Shown here: positions 9,449-20,097 of the stretch, piece after piece
Numbering within the stretch: the stretch's first letter is position 1
How the letters are laid out: each line of letters begins with the position of its first letter
NCBI GenBank assembly: GCA_031254315.1
Contig: JAIRUQ010000122.1
Coordinates: forward strand, 7,817-71,816
DNA from: Treponema sp.
Lineage (GTDB): Bacteria; Spirochaetota; Spirochaetia; Treponematales; Breznakiellaceae
DNA length: 64,000 nt
Direction of reading: 5' to 3'
The notes under the pieces: generated by a model
Databases searched by the model: none
What the model was told of the DNA's origin: nothing
The model's input: only the letters and a program-made list of their open reading frames with translations
Position numbers and translations under genes: made by a program

Positions 9449-10588
9449 ATGAGAAAATTATTCTTCCTTATACTGTTTTTTTCGCTTTGCCTTTCTCTTT
9501 TTGGTCAGACCTTCCGTGCCGCAAAGGTATTTGTTCCGCCTGTAGAAGGAGAGGGCAGGGCAGGGGATAATGATTTCTTTTACAGACAACTTGTCTATGA
9601 GACGGTCTTTCAATATCACGAGCTTGTAGAAGCACAGTACCGCTCTGATTTTATCCTAAAAAGTTCTATTGAACTTGTAACAGAGTCTTTGCCTCCTGTT
9701 CAAAAGTATACCGCCATTTCGTCTCCCGTTCCCCAAAGACCAATTCCGCCTGTCAGAAATACTCCCGAAAGACGCGAATTTTTTTCATGGGAAGCGGATG
9801 ACAATGCTTTTTTTTATGACACAACAAGCGATGAAGAAAACAATTTAACATCGCTCCAAACTGTCGCAGGATATGACGGACGGCAGACAGGTTCTTCCTC
9901 CGATAATCTTGAATTTAATTTTACCGTTGAACTTATAAACACCTATTCGGGAGAAATTGCCGCCAGACAGTTTGTTATTTACAATACTGTTGATACTTCT
10001 GTAAGAGAACTAATATCCGTAATTGTTTACAATTTATTTGCCGGAATTGAAGTTCAAAAGGAAGAGTATAATTGGCGCGCCAAATGGGTCTTTTTTGATT
10101 TTACCGCGTTCTGGGCTCCCCGGCTTTATAATGTGGGCGGCGAGACAATTGATTGGTTAAATTACAGCTTTAAGCTTGCCCTTGAAGTGCATTTTTTAAG
10201 CTTTATGTCTATTGGCGCGGGCGCGCATCTGACTCAGGACTGGATTTCTTTTTGGGGAGCAGATCAAGAGTACCATGATTTTATTTTAGATATTCCGCTG
10301 TTTCTAAAATTTGTTTTAAATCCCACGGATTATTTTACGATTGAACCTTATGGCGGTATTTCTTTTAATTATTCTCTTACGGGAGTAATCTCTCCTTCTC
10401 CGTATTCATGGTTCGCCGGTTTACAGCTTGGTATAAAAGCTGGTCCCGGAATGCTGGTTATCGACTCCCGATTTGCCATGGATTTTTTCAATTCCCATAT
10501 TGTTGAAACAAATGAGGAATACCAAAGAAACTGTATTTATTTTGGGTTTGGGTATAAAATCGGCTTTATCCCTAAGAGAATTAGGTAG
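9449..10588 (+). CDS. Putative outer-membrane beta-barrel protein (paralog family)
   Basis: Signal peptide; shares RxFFSWExDD, EPYGGIS, FAGLQ.G.K.G, YQRNCIY.G.GYKIG with the upstream gene. Confidence 0.75.
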   Translation: MRKLFFLILFFSLCLSLFGQTFRAAKVFVPPVEGEGRAGDNDFFYRQLVYETVFQYHELVEAQYRSDFILKSSIELVTESLPPVQKYTAISSPVPQRPIPPVRNTPERREFFSWEADDNAFFYDTTSDEENNLTSLQTVAGYDGRQTGSSSDNLEFNFTVELINTYSGEIAARQFVIYNTVDTSVRELISVIVYNLFAGIEVQKEEYNWRAKWVFFDFTAFWAPRLYNVGGETIDWLNYSFKLALEVHFLSFMSIGAGAHLTQDWISFWGADQEYHDFILDIPLFLKFVLNPTDYFTIEPYGGISFNYSLTGVISPSPYSWFAGLQLGIKAGPGMLVIDSRFAMDFFNSHIVETNEEYQRNCIYFGFGYKIGFIPKRIR

Positions 10589-10631
10589 AGGGACAATTGA
10601 CTGTAATTTGCCTCTATTGTACAGTTAGATA

Positions 10632-12551
10632 ATGGCTTATGTTAAAAACATTTTTGACCGCAATTTTCTTGAATACGCGTCCTATGTAATAAAAGACCGC
10701 GCTATTCCCGATCTTGAAGATGGGCTTAAACCCGTCCAGCGGCGCATACTTCATTCGCTTTTCGAGATGGACGACGGTAAATTTCATAAAGTAGCCAATG
10801 TTACGGGGCACTGTATGAAGTACCACCCCCACGGAGAGGCTTCCATTAACCCCGCGCTGGTTGTTCTTGCCAACAAAGAGCTTTTTATAGATAAGCAGGG
10901 AAACTTCGGCAATCTATACACAGGAGATGACGCTTCCGCGCCGCGTTATATCGAATGTCGCGTAACGACGCTTGCAAAGGATATTTTTTATAATCCCAAA
11001 TTGACAACTTGGGCTGACTCTTACGACGGGCGCAACCGCGAGCCTGTTCTATTCCCTGCAAAAATACCCGTAGTTCTTGCGATGGGCGTTGAAGGAATTG
11101 CCGTCGGTATGTCTACAAAAATTCTGCCGCACAATACAATCGAAGTTTTAGAAGCGGAAATCGCCTGCCTTACCGGGAAAAAGTTTGAGTTGTACCCTGA
11201 CTTTCCTACAGGCGGCTATGTAGATGTTTCAGGTTACGACGGCGGAAACGGAAAGGTTTTAGTACGCGCAAAACTTGACACCTCCGATCCAAAGCGCATT
11301 CTTATTACAGAACTTCCGTTTGGCTCTACTACCGAAAGCATCATAAACAGCATTGACTCTGCCGCGAGAAACGGAAGAATTAAAATCCTCGGTATTAATG
11401 ATTTTACCACCGACAAAGTTGAAATTGAAATTAAACTTGCACGCGGCGTTTACGCGCAGGAGACAGTAGACGCGCTTTTCGCGTTTACTGAGTGCGAGCA
11501 GTCAATTTCTGTAAATCTGCTTGTAATTAAAAACGGACTTCCCGCAGTGATGACGGTCAACGAAATCATCAGGTATCACGCAAAACAGCTTGTAAAGATT
11601 CTTACAAAAGAACTTGAACTTGAAAAAAAGGAACTTCTTAACAAACTGCACCTGCGTACTCTGGAGCGAATTTTTATAGAAGAGCGGATATACAAGGGTA
11701 TCGAGAAGATGAAGACCGCAAAAGGCGTACAGGATGCCGTTGTTGCGGGCTTTAAGCCGTTCTTAAAAGAAATTGGCACGCGCGGCGTTTCATCCGATGA
11801 TGTTGAGCATCTTTTGCGTATTCCAATCCGCAGGATTTCGTTATACGACATAAACAAAGCCCGTGAAGAAATGGAACAGATAAATGCGCGAATAAAAGAA
11901 ATAAACAGCCACTTAAAAAACATAACAGGCTATTCTGTTTCTTACCTTAAAGGGATTATAACTAAAATAAAAGCAAATGAAGAAATTAGCGGCGGAGTTC
12001 GCAAAACAGTTGTCGGCGATTTTGATAAAGTTATTGCCAAAGAAGTTGTAAAACGCGATGTCGAATTAAAATACGATAGCAAGACGGGCTATCTTGGAAC
12101 AAATGTCTCCGGTGCAAAAGTCGCCGAAGTTTCGCCCTTTGACAGAATACTCGCTATCCGCAATAACGGAATGTACACTATTATGGATCTGTGCGAAAAA
12201 ACATTTGTCGGGGCGGACGCGTGGTGGACAGGAGCGGCAGACAAGGAAGAACTTGCCAAAACAATTTTTACAGTTATTTATAAGGATAAAGATTCAGGCT
12301 ATCCTTGCATTAAACGCTGTGTTATAGAAGGCTGGATAATTAACAAGGATTATTTCCTTGTTCCCGACGGCGCGCAAGTTCTGCATATCGACACACGTCC
12401 TAAATTTACCTTTACGGTAAAATACAAGCCAAAGCCGAGGCTAAAGGTTCTTTCCGAAAACTTTAAGGCGCAGGATTACAATGTGCGCGGAGTAAAAGCC
12501 GGAGGGATAAGGCTTTCTGCGAAAGAGGCGGAAAAAGTAGTTACAAGTTAG
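10632..12551 (+). CDS. parC: DNA topoisomerase IV subunit A (GyrA family)
   Basis: YASYVIKDRAIPDLEDGLKPVQRRIL, YHPHGE, QGNFG, SAPRY (catalytic Tyr), PDFPTGG; short CTD with no GyrA-box. Confidence 0.9.
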   Translation: MAYVKNIFDRNFLEYASYVIKDRAIPDLEDGLKPVQRRILHSLFEMDDGKFHKVANVTGHCMKYHPHGEASINPALVVLANKELFIDKQGNFGNLYTGDDASAPRYIECRVTTLAKDIFYNPKLTTWADSYDGRNREPVLFPAKIPVVLAMGVEGIAVGMSTKILPHNTIEVLEAEIACLTGKKFELYPDFPTGGYVDVSGYDGGNGKVLVRAKLDTSDPKRILITELPFGSTTESIINSIDSAARNGRIKILGINDFTTDKVEIEIKLARGVYAQETVDALFAFTECEQSISVNLLVIKNGLPAVMTVNEIIRYHAKQLVKILTKELELEKKELLNKLHLRTLERIFIEERIYKGIEKMKTAKGVQDAVVAGFKPFLKEIGTRGVSSDDVEHLLRIPIRRISLYDINKAREEMEQINARIKEINSHLKNITGYSVSYLKGIITKIKANEEISGGVRKTVVGDFDKVIAKEVVKRDVELKYDSKTGYLGTNVSGAKVAEVSPFDRILAIRNNGMYTIMDLCEKTFVGADAWWTGAADKEELAKTIFTVIYKDKDSGYPCIKRCVIEGWIINKDYFLVPDGAQVLHIDTRPKFTFTVKYKPKPRLKVLSENFKAQDYNVRGVKAGGIRLSAKEAEKVVTS

Positions 12552-12563
12552 AGGGGAATAATA

Positions 12564-13796
12564 ATGAAGAACAATGAAATTATTTTTGACGAAAAATCGG
12601 GAATATCGGTTGAAGAGCAGAAAGAGATACTGGACAAGATCAACGGTATTTCAGAAAAAAACCGCAGTCTGCTCTCGCAAAGCGGACCTCAGAAAAGTGA
12701 AAAAAACGGCAAGATCAATGTAAACGCAAAAAAGAGCGGAACTGTCTTTTCGTTAGCTGTCAATATTGCCGCTCTTGTTGTTCTTATAGGAGGCGGATTA
12801 TTTTTAATTTTATTTAACAACAAAATTGAAGTTGACGTAAGGACGGGAACAGCTGTTTATAACATTACAGAGCGAACGCTTATTGAAGAAATCCGCAAAG
12901 ACACAGCGGGCAGAATCGCGGAGAAAGAAATGGAAATGTCGTCTATCTCTTCGCGTTTAAGTGAAGTTGACGATCAGCTTGCCCAGCTTTATTCAAGCAA
13001 TCAGACCCTTACCGCAGAACAGCTTGCTACGCAGGCAAGACTTGTCGCCATGCAAACTTCGTTCCGCGACGAGCTTGCGGTATTACAGGACGAGAGGGCG
13101 CAGATTTTGGAAAGTTCCCGTTCCAGAGAAGCCCGTCTTCGTGCGCAACTTGACGAGAGAGCGAGGGAGTTTGCCGCGGCTCAACAAATAGCGTCCGGCG
13201 AACTTGACTCCGCGATGAATGAGCTTAACAGGCTTACAAGCGAACAGGAAAGAGCCGCCGCGGTAGACGCTCAGGTTTCGGGGGGGCTTGCGGCGATAAG
13301 TAGCTATATCCAGACAAAACAGTATGAGCAGGCTATGCAGGTAATAGGAAACTTGCGGCATTTTTGCAACAACAATTCGCTTGCCTCTCTTCGCGCGTTT
13401 CAGGCGAGAAGGGATTTTTATAATCAAACGCTTGATTTTATGGAAGCAATGGTTACAGACGCGCGAAAGAACAGCGGCTCAGGCGGCGGCGAGGAACAAT
13501 TTGAATTAGCGGCGAGAAATGTTCAGTTGCAGGAACAAATCAGCGAAATGCAGAAAACCATAGACGCGGCGAGTAGCGGCAGTTCCGGTCTTACAAACCG
13601 CATAACCGAATTAACGGCGACTAACACTACATTACAGCAAAGCGTTACGGAAAAAGAAAGCGAAATAACATCACTGCAAACAGAAAACACAAGTCTTTCT
13701 TCTACCGTTTCAACTCTGCGTTCTGCCAATACAGCCCTTGAGACGGATATTACAAATCTCAGAAATAGTATCAGAGAGCTTTTGGGAAACCAGTAA
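12564..13796 (+). CDS. Single-pass membrane coiled-coil protein
   Basis: One TM segment around aa 60-83 followed by long heptad repeats; GAGGGG RBS. Confidence 0.8.
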   Translation: MKNNEIIFDEKSGISVEEQKEILDKINGISEKNRSLLSQSGPQKSEKNGKINVNAKKSGTVFSLAVNIAALVVLIGGGLFLILFNNKIEVDVRTGTAVYNITERTLIEEIRKDTAGRIAEKEMEMSSISSRLSEVDDQLAQLYSSNQTLTAEQLATQARLVAMQTSFRDELAVLQDERAQILESSRSREARLRAQLDERAREFAAAQQIASGELDSAMNELNRLTSEQERAAAVDAQVSGGLAAISSYIQTKQYEQAMQVIGNLRHFCNNNSLASLRAFQARRDFYNQTLDFMEAMVTDARKNSGSGGGEEQFELAARNVQLQEQISEMQKTIDAASSGSSGLTNRITELTATNTTLQQSVTEKESEITSLQTENTSLSSTVSTLRSANTALETDITNLRNSIRELLGNQ

Positions 13797-13867
13797 GAGT
13801 TAGGTGAAATAAAAAGGTAAATATTCATCTAATAATTGACATAATCTAAATTATAGATGAGGAAAGC

Positions 13868-14518
13868 ATGAAGAGAATAATAATTTTATTGATATTTTCA
13901 GTTTTCGTATTTGGATGTAATAAAAATTTAAAGGATATTGAAATAAGCCGGAACGAGATTATATTTTGGAGATATAATGAATCATTGACATTTGAAATGT
14001 TAAATAATAATTTTGAAGAAATACAAATGGTTTTTGAACCATATATTATAATACCATTGAATATATTCGATTATTATTTGTGGGATGAACAAATATTTTC
14101 TATGAAATATGACATATTTGAAAATAATTATAAGAATAAATTTCATGAATTATTCAATGAAAGCGATAAAGGTTCTATATTCTTTTCAATAATAGTAAAT
14201 AATAAAGTTGTATTTAATGGGTTAAATAGAATAATACCCGCTGGTGCGGAAAGGCGAGCATATGACGGTTTAGGAATTCCAATTTTTGATAGTCAGATTA
14301 CAGAAGGAAAGGAAAATGTACATTTTGCAATCTCGTATGTTCCTTCCTTTCTTCGTTCAATACATGATCATAAATATTATGAATTAGATTCATTATTTGT
14401 CAATGAATTGTATGAATATTTCATATCTATTGATAAAATCATTCGTGGAAGATTTAAAATTGATAAATTGTATTTTAATGTTTTAGAGGAGGGAACTACT
14501 AAATACTTCAGTTTTTAG
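13868..14518 (+). CDS. AT-rich hypothetical lipoprotein (cassette-like)
   Basis: MKRIIILLIFSVFVFG-C lipobox; GAGG RBS; TTGACA upstream at about 13836. Confidence 0.75.
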   Translation: MKRIIILLIFSVFVFGCNKNLKDIEISRNEIIFWRYNESLTFEMLNNNFEEIQMVFEPYIIIPLNIFDYYLWDEQIFSMKYDIFENNYKNKFHELFNESDKGSIFFSIIVNNKVVFNGLNRIIPAGAERRAYDGLGIPIFDSQITEGKENVHFAISYVPSFLRSIHDHKYYELDSLFVNELYEYFISIDKIIRGRFKIDKLYFNVLEEGTTKYFSF

Positions 14519-14716
14519 TAGTTTTCTTACTCTATAGAAAAAATTGCATTTGCGCAATTCCGGTATTGCAACCGCAAAAATATCGCATGCAATCGGAATG
14601 TTATGCGAAATTATGGCTGAATTTTCTGTATATTTTTAGAAAAAATACCATAAAACCCCTTGGCAAATTAAAAAATAATGGTATAATAGGCTCTATTGTA
14701 GTTTTGGAGGTTTTTT

Positions 14717-14995
14717 ATGGTAAATTTGGCTCAAGATGTAAAGCCGGTCTCATATGTAAAGGATCACAGTATCGAAATATTGGATTATGTGGAAAATTCA
14801 AGATCCCCTATCGTAATAACCCGTGATGGAGAGGCAAAAGCAGTAATTATTGATATAGTAAGTTATCAAAGAACGCTGAATGCAATTAATTTGGCTAAAT
14901 TATTAAGTTTTGGCGAAAAAGATATAAAAAATGGAAACTTAATTTCCTATGAAGATGCAAAAAGGATGTTTGAAGAAAAATTAAGTGGTAAATAA
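14717..14995 (+). CDS. Phd/YefM-family antitoxin
   Basis: DVKPVSYVK...PIVITRDGEAKAVIIDIVSY motif; GGAGG RBS. Confidence 0.9.
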   Translation: MVNLAQDVKPVSYVKDHSIEILDYVENSRSPIVITRDGEAKAVIIDIVSYQRTLNAINLAKLLSFGEKDIKNGNLISYEDAKRMFEEKLSGK

Positions 14996-14997
14996 TA

Positions 14998-15139
14998 ATG
15001 AGAAAAATAAACTGGACTCCAGACGGTGTTGATTCATTGAATGAAATAATTTTATTATAGGGATCATTATGGCATCAATGTTGCGGACAATATTTATAGA
15101 AAAATTATAAAAGAAATAGATTGTTTAGAAATTGAGGAA
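14998..15139 (+). pseudogene. Frameshifted, truncated RelE/ParE-family toxin
   Basis: MRKINWTPDGVDSLNEII then stop at 15058-15060; another frame continues YYRDHYGINVADNIYRKIIKEIDCL; the C-terminal half is missing. Confidence 0.7.
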
Positions 15140-15157
15140 ATGAAGATGGTTATAATT

Positions 15158-15706
15158 ATGAAAAGATATTATTTTATATTTTTTTTCCTTTGTCTCAATT
15201 ATTTATATTGTGAAGATATAGGCATGATAACAGATAGTTTTTTAATTGGCAATAATGTTAATATTGGAATTGTAATTAACGTAACTGATAATGTAATAGA
15301 TATTGAAGTAACCGTCAGGAATCAATCTGATGTCAGGATAATGATAAATGGCTTTCGTTTTAGACGAAATGGATATTTTTATTTTACAGATGAAAATGGA
15401 ATAAAAGGAAGGGTTATTCCACTCAGCCAAATAGAATATGATTGGAGGGTATATGCTGAAGATATAGATGTTATTGAACCGGGAGAAGAAATAAACTATA
15501 GCACACGACTAAATTTCAGAAGAATAAATAATAAATATCATATTTATGGTGACGAAGATATAATTGAATTCGAAAATCCGGGATTGATAAGAGTATTTAT
15601 ACTATATAGTCAAACTAATAGGACTATAAATGAAATGAGTGATATAATAGATAATGCTGTTCATGTCCCTCAATTTTCTAGAAGTTATATTATTAGAGAA
15701 TTTTAA
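15158..15706 (+). CDS. AT-rich secreted hypothetical protein (cassette-like)
   Basis: MKRYYFIFFFLCLNYLYC signal-like N-terminus; beta-rich. Confidence 0.7.
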   Translation: MKRYYFIFFFLCLNYLYCEDIGMITDSFLIGNNVNIGIVINVTDNVIDIEVTVRNQSDVRIMINGFRFRRNGYFYFTDENGIKGRVIPLSQIEYDWRVYAEDIDVIEPGEEINYSTRLNFRRINNKYHIYGDEDIIEFENPGLIRVFILYSQTNRTINEMSDIIDNAVHVPQFSRSYIIREF

Positions 15707-15826
15707 TCTATATAAAAGATGCTCAATCTTCGCTTAACAGTACAGTATGTACGCCACCTGTAGGCGGCTAGGTTGCGCAAAAACACCGCATACAACCTTA
15801 ACGTTAGTTAGAAAACTTTTAATCTG

Positions 15827-17500
15827 TCATTTCGTCTTCATGATTTCTACGCCGTTCCAGTCGGCTGGCGGGGGAGAAGATGAGTATTCAAGGCATCTGT
15901 TGTACAGGTTCTCCGCGTTAAAATCACCGGGTAAAACAGCTAACGTTTCCTTAAATTTCTGTGCGGCGTCATTAAAGGAGCGGGTGTAGTAGAGTTTCAT
16001 TCCCTGATTATGCAATGACCATGCTTTCTGTTCATCGGCTGATAAGGCGCGTTTTACCGTAAATATTCTTACGCCTTTGGTTTTACCTTTTACCGCTACC
16101 GTATCAAGGAGCCTGTAGTTAAGACCGGCTTCCGGGGAAGTTTTTCGCAGTTCTTCAAAAAGGCTTTCTGATATCAATATTTCCGAATGATAAGTTTTTG
16201 TCAGTCCTTCCATGCGCGATGCCAAGTTTACCGCGTCTCCTATTACCGTGTAGTCCATCTTGCGCTCACTTCCGATGTTTCCAACCGTAACTTCCCCGTA
16301 GTTAAGCCCAATCCCGATATGAAATTCGCACTTTCCAAGTTTTTTCTGATTGGCGTTAAAACCGGAAATCGCGTCGATCATTTCAAGACCGGAAAGTACG
16401 GATTGTAATGCGTCATCTTCGTGTTTTTCCGGCGCACCCCAAATAGCCATGATAGCGTCACCTATGTATTTGTCTACAATGCCGTTCCTGTTATAGATGA
16501 TATCAACCTGACCGGAAAAATAGCGGTTAAGTGAGTTTACAAGGTCATCGGGAGCCATGCCTTCGGAAATTGTTGTAAATGAGCGAATGTCGGAAAACAA
16601 AATCGAAAGTTTTCTGTTATCGCCGACAAGCATTTTTTCGGGAGAAGCGAAGAAGCGCTCGATTACGTTATTTGGAACGTATTTTTGGAAAATTTGGCGA
16701 ATGCGTTCTTCTTTTTTTCCGGCAAGAACAGCGTCAAAGGCATAACGCTTGATTTGGCTATACGCCCTGTCAAGTTCTTCCGTCATTATATTAAAAGTCT
16801 GTGCGAGAACGCCTGTTTCGTCATTGTATTCAACCTCAACTCTGGATGAGAGATCGGCGGTATTGATTATTCCTTCCATCGCCTTGACAATTCGTCCTAA
16901 AGGATTGGTAAGGTGGCTGGTAATCAATATGAGTAAAAAAACAGCCGCGCCAAGAGCGGCGCAGAGCGAGATGATTGTTTGTAGCGCGATTTTATTCGCG
17001 TCGCTGAAAAACACCTGCTCTTTTTCGCTTATCAATATAAACCAGTCAAAGGGGGTAAAATAAAACGCCTGAAAAATACGTTTTTCCCCGCAGATAACGG
17101 CAGTTTGAAGCCCCTGTCCTTCTTCGCCAAGCGTCCTTAAAAGAGGCGCTGTTTCGGAGGGCAAAAGTCCGGGATTGGATGTAGCCATCGCAAGAGAGCC
17201 TTCTTTATCTATGGCGAAAATAATTTCGGTATCGCTTAAAAGAATACTGCGCCCGTACTGTTCCACCGCTTTTTTCGCGGCTATTACCATTTCCGGTCTT
17301 CCGGCAAAATTATTGTCTACCAAAAGCGACCACTGGTTGTTGGCGAATTTCTCCAATTCCGCGAGCTTAAACCCAAGCAGTTGCCTCGCAAGGCGCGTGA
17401 TTCCGTTTACCGCCTGAAAATATGACGATGTCTCGGCAAGAACAAGCGGGACTATAATCAGCGGCAGGATAACAAGGAACATTTTCAGCCGAATTTTCAT
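15827..17500 (-). CDS. Membrane-bound HAMP + class III adenylate cyclase
   Basis: Two TMs, HAMP (DETGVLAQTFN), LFSDIRSFT, VDKYIGDAIMA.WGAP, GIGLNYG, YTVIGDAVNLASR; the Lys/Thr pair points to ATP specificity; TPR-like tail. Confidence 0.92.
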   Translation of the reverse strand: MKIRLKMFLVILPLIIVPLVLAETSSYFQAVNGITRLARQLLGFKLAELEKFANNQWSLLVDNNFAGRPEMVIAAKKAVEQYGRSILLSDTEIIFAIDKEGSLAMATSNPGLLPSETAPLLRTLGEEGQGLQTAVICGEKRIFQAFYFTPFDWFILISEKEQVFFSDANKIALQTIISLCAALGAAVFLLILITSHLTNPLGRIVKAMEGIINTADLSSRVEVEYNDETGVLAQTFNIMTEELDRAYSQIKRYAFDAVLAGKKEERIRQIFQKYVPNNVIERFFASPEKMLVGDNRKLSILFSDIRSFTTISEGMAPDDLVNSLNRYFSGQVDIIYNRNGIVDKYIGDAIMAIWGAPEKHEDDALQSVLSGLEMIDAISGFNANQKKLGKCEFHIGIGLNYGEVTVGNIGSERKMDYTVIGDAVNLASRMEGLTKTYHSEILISESLFEELRKTSPEAGLNYRLLDTVAVKGKTKGVRIFTVKRALSADEQKAWSLHNQGMKLYYTRSFNDAAQKFKETLAVLPGDFNAENLYNRCLEYSSSPPPADWNGVEIMKTK

Positions 17501-17566
17501 ATTTTTAGTGTAAATAAAACGATAAAATTTCTCAAGGGGGGAGTTTAATTCTACGATAATAAAAGT

Positions 17567-17773
17567 ATGAAACGTTATAGTATCAAGTGTTTACCGGGCA
17601 GTACGGAATATATTGATATTCTGAAAGAAACGGACAACGAATATCTGGTTCGTTTTACACGCAATAACCATGGAAGCATAAAAACGTCCGAAGAGACGAT
17701 AACTAGGCATCTTTTCAATATTTGCGTACAAACCGGTTACCTTAACCCAATGACAGAAAATTCTGTCGCCTAA
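17567..17773 (+). CDS. Small hypothetical protein
   Basis: 68-aa ORF heading the methyltransferase-glpK run; -10-like GATAAT 6 nt upstream. Confidence 0.6.
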   Translation: MKRYSIKCLPGSTEYIDILKETDNEYLVRFTRNNHGSIKTSEETITRHLFNICVQTGYLNPMTENSVA

Positions 17774-17788
17774 AACTGCGATCTCATC

Positions 17789-18586
17789 TTGCAGACCTCA
17801 AGCGCGGACTGGTTCAAGGACACCGAATTCTGGGAGCATTTTGCTCCTATTATGTTCGATGCCGCCCATTGGGCGGAAGTCCCTGCCGTAGCCGACGCTG
17901 TAACCCGCCTCTGTCGTTTTAATCTTTATGGAGAAACATCGAGTGAAAGCCGGCGCAAGCCTTTAACGTCCACGCCTAAAATTCTAGACCTTTGCTGTGG
18001 CTTAGGCAGAATAAGTACGGAGTTTGCTCGCATGGGCTTTGATGTAACAGGCGTTGATATTACGGAAAGTTTCCTTACATTGGCAAAAGATGATGCGGAC
18101 TATGAAAATCTTAACATAGAATATATTAACGCCGACGCGAGGGAATTCACTCGCGTCGGATATTTTGATGTAGTTGTCAACCTTTATATCTCCTTTGGAT
18201 ATTTTTCAGATCAAAAAGATGATTTAAAAGTTTTACAAAACGCTTATAGCTCCTTAAAAGACGGCGGCTCATTTATAATTGAAACGCTCGGCAAGGAAAT
18301 CGTCGTGCGGGATTTTGTAGAAGCTGAGTGGTTTGAACGCGCAGGCTGTACCGTGCTGACAGAATACGAGCCGCTTGACTCATGGACATTTTATAAAAAT
18401 CGTTGGATACTGTTCAAAGACGGCAAGAAACTGGAAAAAATCCTTATTCAGCGGCTCTATAGCGCGTCTGAACTAAGGTCGTTGATGAAAGAAGCCGGTT
18501 TTAGGGAAATTGAAATTTACGGCGATTGGGATGAAAGCCCCTATGATCAACACGCCGCAAAGTTAATCGCTGTCGCAAGGAAGTAA
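17789..18586 (+). CDS. Class I SAM-dependent methyltransferase
   Basis: [10 protein letters not shown] motif I, VTGVD, ADAR, SFGYF, LKDGG. Confidence 0.9.
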   Translation: MQTSSADWFKDTEFWEHFAPIMFDAAHWAEVPAVADAVTRLCRFNLYGETSSESRRKPLTSTPKILDLCCGLGRISTEFARMGFDVTGVDITESFLTLAKDDADYENLNIEYINADAREFTRVGYFDVVVNLYISFGYFSDQKDDLKVLQNAYSSLKDGGSFIIETLGKEIVVRDFVEAEWFERAGCTVLTEYEPLDSWTFYKNRWILFKDGKKLEKILIQRLYSASELRSLMKEAGFREIEIYGDWDESPYDQHAAKLIAVARK

Positions 18587-18588
18587 AC

Positions 18589-20091
18589 ATGGGCAAGTAC
18601 GTTCTTTCTCTTGATCAGGGGACAACAAGTTCCCGCGCCGTTCTTTTTGACCATGAGCAGAATATTGTCGCGCTTGAGCAAAAAGAGTTTACCCAAATTT
18701 ATCCGCATGAAGGCTGGGTAGAACATAACCCGATGGAAATATATTCTACGCAATACTCTGTAATGACAGACCTTATCTACAAAACAAAAATAAACGCAAA
18801 GGATATCGCGGCTATTGGCATTACAAACCAGCGTGAGACGACAATTGTTTGGGATAAAAATACAGGACAGCCGCTTTACAATGCGATTGTATGGCAGTGT
18901 AGAAGAACTTCTGCAATAGTAGATTCTCTTATAAACGACGGACTTGGCGATTATATAACAAAGACGACAGGCTTAATACCGGACGCTTATTTTTCCGGGA
19001 CAAAGATTAAATGGATACTTGATAATGTCGAAGGGGCGAGGGAACGAGCGAAAAAAGGCGAGGTTCTTTTTGGCACTGTAGATACATGGCTTATTTGGAA
19101 TCTTTCAGGCGGAAAATCCCATGTTACCGATTATACCAACGCGAGCAGGACAATGATCTTCGATATTCATAAACTTGATTGGGACGACAAACTTCTTCAA
19201 GTCTTAGACATTCCGCGCGCGATGTTGCCCGAAGTAAAGCCGTCAGGGGCGATTTTCGCCGCCGCTAAAATTGACGGCAGTGAAATTCCAATTGCAGGTA
19301 ACGCCGGGGATCAGCAGGCGGCGTTGTTTGGTCAGTGCTGTTTTGAAAAAGGGGACGCTAAATGCACCTACGGCACGGGATGTTTTTTGTTAATGAATAC
19401 GGGTAATCAGGTAGCTGTAAGCAAAAACGGTCTTTTAACAACGATTGCCGCTTGTCTTAGCGGAGAGGCAAAAGTTCAGTACGCGCTGGAAGGCTCTGTT
19501 TTTACAGGCGGCGCGGTTATCCAGTGGCTACGTGACGAGCTTCGCCTGATCGTTGACAGCAAAGACAGTGAATATCACGCGGGTAAAGTTGATGATACAG
19601 GCGGCGTTTATCTCGTCCCGGCGTTTACGGGTCTTGGCGCGCCGTATTGGGATATGTATGCCCGTGGCTGTATTGTAGGGATTACTCGCGGAACAAACCG
19701 CGCACATATAATAAGAGCGGCGCAGGAATCTATCGCGTATCAGGTAATGGACCTTCTTTCTGCAATGGGAAACGATCTTGCGAATAACGGTCTTGGATTT
19801 TCAATGAAAGAGTTAAAAGTTGACGGAGGGGCGAGCAGGGATAAATTCCTTATGCAGTTTCAATCTGATGTATGCAATGCTTCTATTGTGCGTCCGGTTG
19901 TCAGGGAAACTACCGCTCTTGGTTCTGCATGTCTTGCCGGAATTACTGTTGGTTTTTGGAAAGATACGGAAGAAGTAAAGAGCCGATGGCAGTGTGATGT
20001 GGTCTTTACGCCGAAAATAGAAAATACCAGCCGGGAAAAACTTGTCGCCGGCTGGCATAAGGCAGTGGAGCGCAGTCGCGCTTGGGCGTAA
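18589..20091 (+). CDS. glpK: Glycerol kinase
   Basis: [54 protein letters not shown]. Confidence 0.97.
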   Translation: MGKYVLSLDQGTTSSRAVLFDHEQNIVALEQKEFTQIYPHEGWVEHNPMEIYSTQYSVMTDLIYKTKINAKDIAAIGITNQRETTIVWDKNTGQPLYNAIVWQCRRTSAIVDSLINDGLGDYITKTTGLIPDAYFSGTKIKWILDNVEGARERAKKGEVLFGTVDTWLIWNLSGGKSHVTDYTNASRTMIFDIHKLDWDDKLLQVLDIPRAMLPEVKPSGAIFAAAKIDGSEIPIAGNAGDQQAALFGQCCFEKGDAKCTYGTGCFLLMNTGNQVAVSKNGLLTTIAACLSGEAKVQYALEGSVFTGGAVIQWLRDELRLIVDSKDSEYHAGKVDDTGGVYLVPAFTGLGAPYWDMYARGCIVGITRGTNRAHIIRAAQESIAYQVMDLLSAMGNDLANNGLGFSMKELKVDGGASRDKFLMQFQSDVCNASIVRPVVRETTALGSACLAGITVGFWKDTEEVKSRWQCDVVFTPKIENTSREKLVAGWHKAVERSRAWA

Positions 20092-20097
20092 TTATTT

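Larger units (their letters stand above)
13799..15814 (+). mobile_element. Putative integrase-less array of integron gene-cassette remnants (CALIN-like)
   Basis: Very AT-rich co-oriented ORFs bounded by GTTAGGTGAAAT (13799), a degenerate attC-like half ending GTTATGCGAAAT (14600), and GCTTAAC...GTATG/CATAC...AACGTTAG (15732-15807). Confidence 0.55.

Noticed and set aside
2224-12551. Calling these genes gyrB/gyrA
   Set aside because: Short A subunit with no GyrA-box and compact B subunit fit topoisomerase IV better; a phylogeny would settle it.
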